Source: Hirschia litorea
GTDB lineage: Bacteria; Pseudomonadota; Alphaproteobacteria; Caulobacterales; Hyphomonadaceae
Direction of reading: 5' to 3'
NCBI RefSeq assembly: GCF_042665075.1
Contig: NZ_JBHTBR010000002.1
Coordinates: 1,288,987-1,328,986, forward strand
DNA: 40,000 nt
The notes beneath the pieces were generated by a model, which worked only from the letters and a program-made list of their open reading frames with translations, was not told the DNA's origin and made no database searches. A program made the position numbers and the translations under genes. Positions within the stretch are counted from its first letter, which is position 1. Each line of letters opens with the position of its first letter. Shown piece after piece: positions 1-9,908 of this stretch.

Positions 1-761
1 GTCTAACTGCAATCTTCGCTGGCAACTGCCCGCTGACGCTTGCAGAAGCTCCGCCCCAAAAAGAAGGCAAACCTCACTTAACGTCGAAACCACGCCTTTC
101 GGCTGCACTATCAGAACCTGAAATCAAGGTAGATGTAGATTTTTCCGGCACGCGCATCACCCTGTTTGCTGTGTCTGATGAATGGGATAACCCCAATGTC
201 GCTTTTGCCGTCGCACTTGTCGGCCCGCACCGGCCCTATGTTGTTGTGCGCCAAAAGGAAAAGACAAAAGAGCGGTTTGAATTTGTCTCTGCTCCCGCCG
301 TGCTCGCAATCGCAACAGAAACAACTCTGCGCGAAGAAGGCTCAAATGAAGCCTTCATCATTGCAGGCGTAAACCCACGCTATAGCGCCATGCCCGCTCC
401 CGCAGATATGACAAATCCAAATCTTGCAATGTGGCGCAAAGCATTTGCAGATTTAAAAGCTGAAGATGGATTATTCAGTACCCATGATACGGGACTTGAA
501 CGTCTCGATGGCGGTCTTATTCGTGCAGACATAGACTTACCTGCCGCCGCTCCCCCAGGCGAATATGATGTGCGCATTTTGCTCTTCCAAGACGGCGTAT
601 TACTCGCTGAAGCGGAAACACCTCTCACCCTATCTCGCAAAGGTGTAGAGCATGCATTATTTGAGCTGTCGCACGACCACCCATATTTCTACGGCATTCT
701 TGCCGTCTTGCTTGGCTGCATGGTCGGATGTATCGGCGCATTGATGGGCGGCAGACGTTAA
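1..761 (+). CDS. Alph_Pro_TM / TIGR02186-like membrane protein, 5' end outside window
   Basis: The frame of the listed 171..761 ORF stays open back to position 3 (..EPEIKVDVDFSGTRITLFAVSDEW..), so the gene is truncated by the window edge. It has a C-terminal hydrophobic helix (YFYGILAVLLGCMVGCIGALM). The family call is from memory of alphaproteobacterial TIGR02186 proteins. Confidence 0.55.
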   Translation, partial: LTAIFAGNCPLTLAEAPPQKEGKPHLTSKPRLSAALSEPEIKVDVDFSGTRITLFAVSDEWDNPNVAFAVALVGPHRPYVVVRQKEKTKERFEFVSAPAVLAIATETTLREEGSNEAFIIAGVNPRYSAMPAPADMTNPNLAMWRKAFADLKAEDGLFSTHDTGLERLDGGLIRADIDLPAAAPPGEYDVRILLFQDGVLLAEAETPLTLSRKGVEHALFELSHDHPYFYGILAVLLGCMVGCIGALMGGRR

Positions 762-776
762 GTCTGCCTCTTACTT

Positions 777-1712
777 CTATCCTAATCGGTTCGATGGTCG
801 CGCAAGTGTCAAGATAGATTCCCCAATCTTGCCACCCACTTTGGGAAACATCGCAATCACGCCTTCTTCATCAAGACTGAATAATTCCCCACCAACACGC
901 ATTATCGGCTCACCTTTGGGCAAGACGTCAAAATTGCTGATATTATCGACAAGCAAACCATCATCTTCATGCGATTTAATCACGACATCATAAAGCTCAT
1001 AGCATTCAAATCCGCCATCAACTTTTGGGATCTCGCCGCTAATCATACCCAAGCCTACAAGTGCGCCTCGAATGGCAGATACACCATTATCAATACAATC
1101 TGGCGCATCATGCTGACCACACTCAACCGTGCACGCATAACCACCAGCATTGCGCATATATTCTGTCATTCCAACACTCTTTTCTAGGGCAGGATAAGGG
1201 TCATCTGTCTTCCCGATCGACGCGTTAAAGTCTGCCAATGCGCGATTGTATGAACCCAACCAACCATGCAAAACGCGCTTAATCCCCACAGACGCTCCAA
1301 AAGCTGTTTCTGCTTCCTCATGAGCAAAAGGCTCAAGCCCGTCTTGATTATCCTTTGGTCCCAAAAGCGCAAATGCACCTTCGCCCTTTCGAAAGCTATG
1401 GAGGTCCAACAACACATCATGATCGGCAAGTAAGGCGCGCACGGCTGGTACAATCTTGTGCTCGCTTAGCTCACCCAATGCCTCAACGCCCATACAGCGG
1501 TTAAGGTCTACATCCACAAAACGTGTGTTTTGTGCACGCGCAGCTTCATTCACAACAGGTACGAGCGTTACACGTCCTTTTTTCAGGACACGATCCCATC
1601 CCTCAAGAAATGCGCCGATTGCATCTGGTCCGGCGCGTTCATCCCCATGCACCGCGCCCGTAATCACTAAGGCTGGCCCCGCGACACCAGAATCAAATAC
1701 ATATTTTTCCAT
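777..1712 (-). CDS. Succinylglutamate desuccinylase/aspartoacylase (AstE/AspA, M14-like) family zinc hydrolase
   Basis: 311-aa ORF. It has the N-terminal metal motif ITGAVHGDERAG (HxxE), a later LLDLHSF histidine and TVECGQH, which is the typical AstE_AspA layout. Confidence 0.7.
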   Translation of the reverse strand: MEKYVFDSGVAGPALVITGAVHGDERAGPDAIGAFLEGWDRVLKKGRVTLVPVVNEAARAQNTRFVDVDLNRCMGVEALGELSEHKIVPAVRALLADHDVLLDLHSFRKGEGAFALLGPKDNQDGLEPFAHEEAETAFGASVGIKRVLHGWLGSYNRALADFNASIGKTDDPYPALEKSVGMTEYMRNAGGYACTVECGQHDAPDCIDNGVSAIRGALVGLGMISGEIPKVDGGFECYELYDVVIKSHEDDGLLVDNISNFDVLPKGEPIMRVGGELFSLDEEGVIAMFPKVGGKIGESILTLARPSNRLG

Positions 1713-1815
1713 GAGAAGCCCGCCTTGAATTTACGCGTTCGCGCATCATTCTTCGATGCTTGAACATTGGGCGGGACGTTATTTTCTCAACGCAAAAAAA
1801 GCAATGCTCCCACGT

Positions 1816-2811
1816 CTATTGCGACGACGTGACAAAGCGCGTTATTTCTTCAGCAAAGGCCTCGGGTTGATCCAGCATCACATAATGGCGTGCATCCTCA
1901 ATCATTCGTAAATCTACGCCTTTGAGGTTGGCATAATTCATTTGATAAACGCCCGCCACCACAGCCTTAGGAAAGCCTGCGCTTTCGTCAAATGCATACA
2001 CCACTGTTGCAGGAATTTTGATATTTGACACTTGCTTACGAAGATCCTGTGTCAGCACATCATACATTATATTAGCGACAGCCGCCCGATCCGATGTGAC
2101 TGTCCATTCAGCGGTAAGGGCTGCATGTTCTGCCGACTTAGACAGACGCTTCATCGCAGCAATCTGGCTTTCTTCAAATTCAGCGTCCGTTTGCGCCAAC
2201 ATCTCATCGCGCGCTTTTTCCGCCGCAGGCACCATATTCTTCTCTGTTGCCATAGGATTTATCAGCACAGAAAAGAAAGGCAGCACATCAACACTCATGA
2301 TTTTAGAAACGGCATCTTCATGAGAAATCGCCACCATGAGCGCTACAATGCCGCCCATAGAATGACCTATTAATATTGGGTCATCCATTTGCTCGGCATA
2401 AGCAGCCACTTCATCAGCCAGCGCAGATAAAGCGCCCGGCTCCGCATTTGCACCCGCTTGGGAGCCTGCAAACCCATTTACGTGCAAAACATGCACTTCA
2501 AAATCGTTTTCCAATTGATCACGTGTCGCATTCCACACCTCAGGAGAGGATGCGAGGCCGGGAAGCAATATAATTTGCGGCTTATATTCAGAGGATTGTT
2601 CAGCGATTTCGCCGTAAACATGAGCTTGGAAGCGCGTAGGGACAAATTTATCAACCATACCCGCTTGGCCATTCATTTCTTTTGCCTCCTCCGAAACCAT
2701 TGTGTCCGGAGGCGATGTTTTTTCATCAGAAGGTGAACAAGCAGCAAGCCCTAAACTCATCAAGAGGGCTATACCTGTGTATGCAAGTCTATGTGAATTA
2801 TTCCAAGCCAT
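1816..2811 (-). CDS. Alpha/beta-hydrolase fold lipoprotein (esterase/lipase-like)
   Basis: 331-aa ORF with a signal peptide and lipobox (LMSLGLAAC) and the nucleophile elbow GHSMGG. Confidence 0.75.
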   Translation of the reverse strand: MAWNNSHRLAYTGIALLMSLGLAACSPSDEKTSPPDTMVSEEAKEMNGQAGMVDKFVPTRFQAHVYGEIAEQSSEYKPQIILLPGLASSPEVWNATRDQLENDFEVHVLHVNGFAGSQAGANAEPGALSALADEVAAYAEQMDDPILIGHSMGGIVALMVAISHEDAVSKIMSVDVLPFFSVLINPMATEKNMVPAAEKARDEMLAQTDAEFEESQIAAMKRLSKSAEHAALTAEWTVTSDRAAVANIMYDVLTQDLRKQVSNIKIPATVVYAFDESAGFPKAVVAGVYQMNYANLKGVDLRMIEDARHYVMLDQPEAFAEEITRFVTSSQ

Positions 2812-2880
2812 GAAACCCTCTCCCTATTATATTATAGGGAGACTGACGCATCATATTGAAAAATTCAACACTTGTTTAAT

Positions 2881-3081
2881 TTAGATAGGGCGTGCATTTC
2901 CAAATGCAGCCAAAACATACCCAAGAACATCACCGAAAGTCTGCTTAGACTTTGTAACTGTTGGTTCAATATTGGTTTCAACAGATGATTTCACATTTGT
3001 TGGAATAAATGCTGTCAGGTAAAAGCCGCCCAATGGAAAAGACATTGTCTCTTGTGCTTGGTTGTTTTCAATCTGGCTCAT
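2881..3081 (-). CDS. Small hypothetical protein (66 aa)
   Basis: The ORF has an AGGGAAG Shine-Dalgarno-like sequence about 8 nt upstream of the internal ATG at 3081. No recognisable motif. Confidence 0.3.
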   Translation of the reverse strand: MSQIENNQAQETMSFPLGGFYLTAFIPTNVKSSVETNIEPTVTKSKQTFGDVLGYVLAAFGNARPI

Positions 3082-3340
3082 AATCACTTCCCTATTCATT
3101 CCCTCGCAAAGTCTATGCTTGCTTAGGTGTATATTTGGCGCTTCATGTCTGCGCTCGAGAAAAGATATACCTTAACCCTAGGGATGCGAAAACAGATAAT
3201 ACATCAAGACTGATATGCATAATGGTATATCTTTATCACATTCATATAGCCATATTTTTGTCTATATTTTATTGTCATTTATCGAATATCGAGAATACTG
3301 CTCTAATTCCCAATCCTCAGCATCCAGAAGTGAGCTACAC

Positions 3341-4048
3341 ATGTTTTCCCCACGCGCGAGATTTTTATCTATTCTCCTTCCGGCCTTTGGATTGGCAATG
3401 CCGCTAAGCGCAAATGCAGACCCCACTTGGCCACACCTATTTAAGGAAGCCGCTTTGCCTAAAAGTGACGCGACACCTGCCAAAGTCAGTTACCAGTCTG
3501 AAATTATTCAAGTGGATGATGAGGAATGGGGAAAGTTAGTTTATCAAATCGAAAACTCTGCTGAAACAGGCATAAAAGTTCGAGTTGAAACCTTCCCAAC
3601 CGAAGGCGACCAAGCCGATATAGAAGAAGAATTAAACGAAGACCAAGACGGCGAGATTTGGTGCGATGATTACAACGAAATTATCGGCGGCCCTGTCGAA
3701 TTAGTCTCAGAAACAGATTCAGAAGCCATTTTCAGTTTCAACGCAAATGCAGATTCGGCTGAAGACAAACAAGAACGGAAAATCCTCGGCAAAACCCGTA
3801 TAACCGTGAATGTGGATAAATCACTCAAGGAAATTACTCAGTTTAAGTATGAGCTGACAGAGTCGGTTAAGCCGATGATGGTTGCAAAGATAGACACATT
3901 TGAACTCGTAGGAACGTGCGCATCGCATGAAAACGGACGCCCTATCGTCACTAAAGTTGCTACAAAAATCACAGGTCGAGCTATGGGACAAAGTTTCGGT
4001 CAAAACTCATTACAGACCTTTAAAAACTTTACGGTATCAGCTCAATAA
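3341..4048 (+). CDS. Secreted acidic protein of unknown function
   Basis: The internal ATG at 3341 gives a classical signal peptide (MFSPRARFLSILLPAFGLAMPLSANA). The longer ORF from 3215 begins in an AT-rich promoter-like region. Confidence 0.55.
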   Translation: MFSPRARFLSILLPAFGLAMPLSANADPTWPHLFKEAALPKSDATPAKVSYQSEIIQVDDEEWGKLVYQIENSAETGIKVRVETFPTEGDQADIEEELNEDQDGEIWCDDYNEIIGGPVELVSETDSEAIFSFNANADSAEDKQERKILGKTRITVNVDKSLKEITQFKYELTESVKPMMVAKIDTFELVGTCASHENGRPIVTKVATKITGRAMGQSFGQNSLQTFKNFTVSAQ

Positions 4049-4193
4049 TTAGCGCGCCCCTATTGCGCGGAATGACGCGGCAAACCGAACGTAAACCTTT
4101 CAGAAAAGAAATAGCGCCATTGTAAAACGTAAAACTTGGCTAAACCTTGTTATCATCAAGGGGCCAAGCTTACGTTATACAAGGAAGACGTTT

Positions 4194-5027
4194 ATGCGCC
4201 GCCCGCTTCTCTGGTCGACTATAATTGCGATTTCAACCGTCACAATGACGGCCAACGCTGTCAGCCCACCGACAAACACAGGCGGCGGACATAACGCCCA
4301 GACACCTCACGCGCAGCACGCATCAACGACATCCAATGCCAGTCGTCATAGCTCAACACATTGGGATTATTCAGGACCACGCGGGCCAGAACATTGGGGC
4401 GAAAAAGATAGTGCAAATGCAGCTTGTCAGGTCGGCACACAACAATCACCCATTGATATAAACTCAACGACACCAGCATTCGCGTCTGCGCCGCAAATTG
4501 ACTGGAAGCCCATTAAGCATGGCGATGTCGTTAATAATGGACACACACTCCAGCTAGATGTGAAAGATGCAGGCGGGATCACGCTCGACGGCAAGTCCTA
4601 TGAGCTTATGCAATTTCACTTTCATACCCCATCAGAACACACAATCCATGGGCGGCACTTCCCTATGGAGGCACATTTTGTTCACAAGGCAAGCGATGGC
4701 ACGCTTGCAAACATTGCTGTGATGTTTGCTGAAGGAGCTAACAATGCCGAACTTGACCCTATGTGGTGGTCAGCGCCGCTCTCAGAGGGCAAGGCAGCCG
4801 TCGCTTTCAACCTCGATATGGAAGATCTTCTCCCCACCAATCGTGCTGCATTTCGTTACCAAGGCTCCCTTACAACACCACCATGTTCAGAAATCGTAAG
4901 CTGGACCGTTTTACAAACACCATTAAGCGTTTCAAAAACCCAAATTGCAGCCTTTAGAGCTTTGATCGGGGATAATGCGCGGCCAACACAGCCACTTTAT
5001 CGCCGATTTGTGCTTGAAACACCTTAG
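4194..5027 (+). CDS. Alpha-class carbonic anhydrase, secreted
   Basis: Signal peptide followed by alpha-CA hallmarks: HWDYSGPRGPEHWG, QSPIDI, zinc histidines in QFHFHTPSEH..EAHFVH, and YQGSLTTPPCSE. Confidence 0.9.
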   Translation: MRRPLLWSTIIAISTVTMTANAVSPPTNTGGGHNAQTPHAQHASTTSNASRHSSTHWDYSGPRGPEHWGEKDSANAACQVGTQQSPIDINSTTPAFASAPQIDWKPIKHGDVVNNGHTLQLDVKDAGGITLDGKSYELMQFHFHTPSEHTIHGRHFPMEAHFVHKASDGTLANIAVMFAEGANNAELDPMWWSAPLSEGKAAVAFNLDMEDLLPTNRAAFRYQGSLTTPPCSEIVSWTVLQTPLSVSKTQIAAFRALIGDNARPTQPLYRRFVLETP

Positions 5028-5265
5028 GGCCAACGACCTCACAGCCACCCATAAAATCATCTAAAACTCTCAAGAATTGTGCGAGAGAATTAGGCGTTTT
5101 GTATAAAGCATAACGCCTAACAGCTGAATCTTGTTGGGTTTGCCAAAAAAATTGCGTAGAAAGAGCCAGCAGGTCAAATTCAAGACCAATATTTAAGGGG
5201 CTACTACCAGCCATTAGGTGAAGAACCACTGGATCTGGTAAATGGTGATGGACTGGGAGACGCAA

Positions 5266-6387
5266 ATGAAAATTACATCCATTCTGCTAGCAGGCATTGC
5301 TAGCCTATCCTTAATGGGATGCGATGTTTTAATGATGCCAGAAGGCACACCGCCGCCTCCACCGGACCAACCGCCGCCGCCGCCGCTTGAGGGTGACTTT
5401 GAAGAGTTTCCCGCATTACCAGAAGAAGCTGTACCACCTGCTGGCGACGCCCTTGAAACCTCACAAGTCTACACAGACCTTGCAGCGATCAATGCGGTTG
5501 CGTGTACATCTGTTGGCACTCCAGTCCCGACTCAAACCATTGCACAAATCGCAAACGCGTCAGCGCCTCAATCGGCTATAAATGATGCAACTTCCAGCAA
5601 TGTTGTTCAGCCTTCTGTTGTGGGAGCTGTTGGCGGAGCTTTGTCTCTCTCAGCTATACGCGCTGATTTCCCCGGAATTGTAAAATTAGAGCCACGCAAA
5701 AACATCTCTGAATCAAGTTATTCGAGCGGGCATTGCGGTGCCACCCGCATCTCAAACAATTGGTTTGTGACGGCGGCTCACTGCCTCGATGAGCAATATG
5801 ATGTGACAGTCCTCAAAGTCGGACATGAAAAGCTAGATGGCCCAGTTGTGCGTGAAGTGGAAGCTGATTGGGCTGCTTGTCACGCAGCTTATGGCGGACA
5901 AGAAGGCGGTCTAGCAAACGATATCGCGCTTGTGCATGTCACAGACGAAACCGCCGACAGCTTAGTGGACATCCCTATTGCGACGCTCCTAGCAAGTGAA
6001 GATTCACTTACGCCCCTCACCACACCTCAAGCCAAAATGGCTGGATGGGGTCTCACCTCTCCAGGCGGCAGCCTCTCCACGACCCTTTTAGGAACATATG
6101 TTGACGTCAAATCCGTTGGGCCAGCCATTATTAAAGTTGGCTCTATCGAAGGCAAAGGCCCATGTGTAGGCGATTCAGGTGGTCCACTCTTTGTCGATAG
6201 TGAGCAAGCCCAACCCGTTTTATGGGGTGTACTGTCAGGTGTAGAAAAAGGTGAAAACGCTGCCTGTTCTGGTGATTATCTTGCCCGCTACACAAACCTG
6301 CAAGGTTACACAAACTGGCTCAATAATGTGATGATGGCTTGTTCAAGCAATCCCGCATTGTGCCAAAAACCGGGTAATGCGTCCTAA
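5266..6387 (+). CDS. Trypsin-like (S1 family) serine protease lipoprotein with proline-rich linker
   Basis: Lipobox SLSLMGC after the ATG at 5266. Catalytic triad motifs are present: VTAAHC (His), NDIALV (Asp) and GDSGGPL (Ser). Confidence 0.85.
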   Translation: MKITSILLAGIASLSLMGCDVLMMPEGTPPPPPDQPPPPPLEGDFEEFPALPEEAVPPAGDALETSQVYTDLAAINAVACTSVGTPVPTQTIAQIANASAPQSAINDATSSNVVQPSVVGAVGGALSLSAIRADFPGIVKLEPRKNISESSYSSGHCGATRISNNWFVTAAHCLDEQYDVTVLKVGHEKLDGPVVREVEADWAACHAAYGGQEGGLANDIALVHVTDETADSLVDIPIATLLASEDSLTPLTTPQAKMAGWGLTSPGGSLSTTLLGTYVDVKSVGPAIIKVGSIEGKGPCVGDSGGPLFVDSEQAQPVLWGVLSGVEKGENAACSGDYLARYTNLQGYTNWLNNVMMACSSNPALCQKPGNAS

Positions 6388-6534
6388 TTCACAAAAATAT
6401 CTGAATTAACCGGAACAAAACTATAGCATAATGCGTATAAAGCGTAGCGACATGATTCAAAATGGCGCCCCGTCCGTGCGACTATAATATCCGCGCGATT
6501 ATAATATTTGATGACCTACCTAAAGGAGACTTTC

Positions 6535-7362
6535 GTGGAGATTAATGCCGTAGAACTTTGGGAACAATATCAAACACCCATACTTGGCTTCGCCTTCAAA
6601 TCCTTGGGCGCACTCATTGTTCTCGTTATCGGGTTGCGCGTTGCCAGTTGGTTAGCCGGCCTTGTACGCAAACAATCTCTAAAACACGCATCTATTGATG
6701 ACACGCTCGGAAACTTCTTTGCATCCATGGTGCAATGGGCAATATCAGCGGCAGTCTTTATTGCGGCCCTTCAGGTTTTTGGCGTTCAAGCAACATCATT
6801 AGTCGCAATATTAGGTGCACTTACTCTTGCCATAGGTTTGTCCCTGCAAGGTGCGTTAGGTAATATTGCCTCTGGTGTCATGATCATGCTTTTCCGCCCT
6901 TATCGGCTCGGCGATTTCATCAACACTGCCGGCGTCTCAGGAACAGTTAAAGATATCAACCTCTTCCAAACAGTGCTGGCCACGCCTGACAACGTCAAAA
7001 TCATGGTGCCGAACGCACAAGCGATTGATGGCGCAATTACCAATTATTCCGGCTTCGATACGCGCCGCGTGGATATAACGCTTTCCATTGATTATAATGA
7101 CAACATGGATCAAGCCATTGCTATCATCCGTCGGATCATTGAAGCAGACAGCCGCGTGTTAAGCCTTCCAGACAAACCTTTTGTAAAAGTCGTGGAATTG
7201 AACGCTAGCTCAGTTGATATTGCTACCCGTTCATGGGTTAATCGTCCTGATTATTGGGATGTAAAGTTTGAGCTCACAAAGAAAATCAAAGAAGCCTTTG
7301 ATGAGAACGGCATTACAATTCCTTACCCACACACAACGATTGAACAAAAAAAGGTCAAATAG
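6535..7362 (+). CDS. MscS-family small-conductance mechanosensitive channel
   Basis: TM helices followed by the MscS beta domain (FRPYRLGDFI..GTVKDINLFQTVL..DN..VPN). A GTG at 6535 lies 7 nt after a strong AAGGAG. The ORF track's alternative start is 6508. Confidence 0.85.
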   Translation: MEINAVELWEQYQTPILGFAFKSLGALIVLVIGLRVASWLAGLVRKQSLKHASIDDTLGNFFASMVQWAISAAVFIAALQVFGVQATSLVAILGALTLAIGLSLQGALGNIASGVMIMLFRPYRLGDFINTAGVSGTVKDINLFQTVLATPDNVKIMVPNAQAIDGAITNYSGFDTRRVDITLSIDYNDNMDQAIAIIRRIIEADSRVLSLPDKPFVKVVELNASSVDIATRSWVNRPDYWDVKFELTKKIKEAFDENGITIPYPHTTIEQKKVK

Positions 7363-7395
7363 ACTTTTTATTGGCGAATTAGAAATGCGACGGAT

Positions 7396-7935
7396 GTGAA
7401 AAAAACGATATTTCGTTTGCCTAAGATAAGTGTTGATTGGGAGGACACAGCGCCTCCCAACGATACGCCATCTTTGCCCGCCTCATCCCCCGCTGCCGAT
7501 GCTGCTTTGGCAAGCAATGCTCCACAAAATACACAAGCAGCATCACCAGCAGCCACAAACAACACCCCACCACCTCAAAACGCATCACCGCCAATCGCAA
7601 AAAAACGCACTCTATTAGACGTCCTGCTTGGCACCAACCGCCCACCTAAACCACCTCGCACACTTATGGCGCGTTTATTTGGTTTAAGAATTGGACAATT
7701 CCTAAACTTGTTTTTGTGGTCAGTTGTCATTGGCGGCGCGATGAAACTCACCAATTTCAATCCGCTCAATCCGCAGTTCAACGCGAGTGAAACAGCAGGA
7801 AATGTCTGGCAGCAAGGTTGGTCAGCTTTAGCGTGGATTGTTAAGACAAGCTGGCAACCAGCCTTGACTGGTGCCGTAATTATCATCCCAATTTGGTTTA
7901 CATGGCGCATATTAACCCTGCCATTCCGGCGTTAA
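7396..7935 (+). CDS. Proline/alanine-rich membrane protein of unknown function
   Basis: 179-aa ORF with a GTG start, a low-complexity P/A/N-rich N-terminal half and two C-terminal hydrophobic helices. Confidence 0.55.
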   Translation: MKKTIFRLPKISVDWEDTAPPNDTPSLPASSPAADAALASNAPQNTQAASPAATNNTPPPQNASPPIAKKRTLLDVLLGTNRPPKPPRTLMARLFGLRIGQFLNLFLWSVVIGGAMKLTNFNPLNPQFNASETAGNVWQQGWSALAWIVKTSWQPALTGAVIIIPIWFTWRILTLPFRR

Positions 7936-8036
7936 ATGTAAACGTGGGGTTAAAAGCATGTGTGAGATTCATGCATCGCTGCAAAACAGCCCTAAACCTT
8001 AATCAGGTAAATTAACCCTATAATTGCAATAAAAGC

Positions 8037-8966
8037 GTGGGTTGGTATCACATGAATATTGAAGATGTCCGTAGGAAGCGGCGCTATGATCCCCGAAATC
8101 TTCGGTCGGTCATCGCCGGCTCAAACCGTTTTAACCGAAATTTGATGCTCGAAATCATGCGGACGCTTGGTGCTCTTCAGGTAGAAGGCGCAAAGTGTGA
8201 AAACTCCCTGTTCAGAATAATGGATGAACAGCGCTGCAACGCTCTCTTTATTGAATGGTCAGACTCATCGGACATGGACATTGTTGAGATGGTCAAGAAA
8301 GTGCGCCGTCTACATGATGACAATCTGCGCCGTGTTCCCATTATTGCTATATCCTCACAACTTACCAAGGAAATGGTAATCGCAGGGCGCAATGCCGGCG
8401 TTGATGAATTCCTTCGTCGCCCATGCTCGCCTAGCGATGTGGAAAAGCGCCTTCGTATGGTGATTGAGACACCGCGTCCTTTTGTAGATTCGCCTGTCTA
8501 TATCGGCCCGTGCCGCCGCCGCAGCAATCCTGCTGATTATCACGGCCCCCGCCGCCGCGATCGTGATGGCGCATCGCAAATCAAAGAAATTTCAGATGCA
8601 GAGCGTCAACTCGTCAATAAAAAAGCGCCCATGTCTGTCGCATTAGCACGTGTAAAAATGGCATGTACGCTTTTATCAACCGACCCCAAGAATGCACCTA
8701 TCCGTATGCGCGCCGCCATGGAAAAGGCACGCCAGACGGCCAGACAAGAAAACGACATACCATTCTTACGCACTTTACAATCTTTTGAAGCATTCATGGA
8801 AGTTATTATTCACTCACCGAGCAATGCAGGTGATGCCCGTTTTGTCCTCAACACTGGCATAACGACACTTGAACAATTACTTGTTCTTCCAAGAGAATAT
8901 GACAGCGCCCGTGAAACCGTCGCTAATGCATTTTCAGATGCTATTCAACGGCGTATGGCAGCATAA
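8037..8966 (+). CDS. Degenerate receiver (pseudo-REC) domain protein with Arg-rich YIGPCRRR motif and helical C-terminal domain
   Basis: Paralog of the next gene with the same domain order. The CheY-type acidic pocket and Lys are replaced: VIAGSN, IEWSD, and LRRP instead of LKP. The start could instead be the ATG at 8052. Confidence 0.7.
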   Translation: MGWYHMNIEDVRRKRRYDPRNLRSVIAGSNRFNRNLMLEIMRTLGALQVEGAKCENSLFRIMDEQRCNALFIEWSDSSDMDIVEMVKKVRRLHDDNLRRVPIIAISSQLTKEMVIAGRNAGVDEFLRRPCSPSDVEKRLRMVIETPRPFVDSPVYIGPCRRRSNPADYHGPRRRDRDGASQIKEISDAERQLVNKKAPMSVALARVKMACTLLSTDPKNAPIRMRAAMEKARQTARQENDIPFLRTLQSFEAFMEVIIHSPSNAGDARFVLNTGITTLEQLLVLPREYDSARETVANAFSDAIQRRMAA

Positions 8967-8968
8967 AT

Positions 8969-9898
8969 ATGACATCATCTTCATCTCAGAAACGATCACT
9001 TTCCATTGCAGATACCGGTAAGCTGAAAGTGCTCGTGGTAGACCCCAATGCCTATATGCGTGGCATTGTGGCCGACGCTTTGCGTCGTCTGAATATTGGA
9101 GAATTGAGCACAACATCCTCAACAGATGAAGCCAATGATATCTGTTTAAGCTTTCGCCCAAATATCGTAATCACTGATTGGGAAGCTGGCCGTGTATCTG
9201 GATTAGAGTTCACACGTTCTATCCGCCGTAGTGAGAAAAACATTCCTCGGGATATTCCCGTCATTCTACTTGCTTCAACAGTTGCCCATGACCAACTCAT
9301 GGCTGCACGCCAAGCAGGTATCAACGAATTTTTACTAAAACCCGTTTCTGTTCGCGCTCTTAAATCTCGTATTGAAGAGATTGTGATCCGTCCGCGTAAA
9401 TTCATTGATAGCCGTCATTATATTGGGCCGTGCCGTCGTCGCAAAATAGATGTGGATTTCGAAGGTCCGTGGCGTCGCCTCACAGATGAGCCACCTATCC
9501 AAGAAGAAGATAATGATAATCCTGTCCAGCTCGACAAATTGCGTGCAATTGTGGGGCAGCTATCAGGGTTTGCATTGCGTAATTCTGAAGACCCGCGTGA
9601 AATCGTGCGCGGCTTATATCGCCTTCTCACTCACTATTCTGGAGAAATTGACCAAATCGGAGACAAAACAGTTTCGGAAGTTTGGCGCTCTGCACAAAGA
9701 TATATTGAGGGGGTCGGCATGACCCCACACTATGATCCTAAAGTTATACTTCGTCACTTTGAAGCCGTTGCAGCCGTAACTGAAATCGCAGTTGGTGATG
9801 TGATGCAACGTCAAGCTTTGGTCAAAGATCTAAACCGACTTGTCACGAAGAAAATACACTCAATTGCTTCAAATGTGCGCGGTGTTGCGCGCGGATAA
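8969..9898 (+). CDS. Response regulator receiver protein with Arg-rich YIGPCRRR motif and helical C-terminal domain
   Basis: REC hallmarks are present: KVLVVDPN, IVITDW (phospho-acceptor Asp), ILLAST and FLLKPVS. These are followed by YIGPCRRRKIDVDFEGPWRR. The start lies 2 nt after the upstream stop. Confidence 0.85.
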   Translation: MTSSSSQKRSLSIADTGKLKVLVVDPNAYMRGIVADALRRLNIGELSTTSSTDEANDICLSFRPNIVITDWEAGRVSGLEFTRSIRRSEKNIPRDIPVILLASTVAHDQLMAARQAGINEFLLKPVSVRALKSRIEEIVIRPRKFIDSRHYIGPCRRRKIDVDFEGPWRRLTDEPPIQEEDNDNPVQLDKLRAIVGQLSGFALRNSEDPREIVRGLYRLLTHYSGEIDQIGDKTVSEVWRSAQRYIEGVGMTPHYDPKVILRHFEAVAAVTEIAVGDVMQRQALVKDLNRLVTKKIHSIASNVRGVARG

Positions 9899-9908
9899 AG
9901 CTGTATTA

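Noticed and set aside
4954-5265. 103-aa minus-strand ORF between the carbonic anhydrase and the protease
   Set aside because: It overlaps the 3' end of the carbonic anhydrase gene and abuts the protease start. It has no motif and no convincing RBS, so it is probably intergenic noise.
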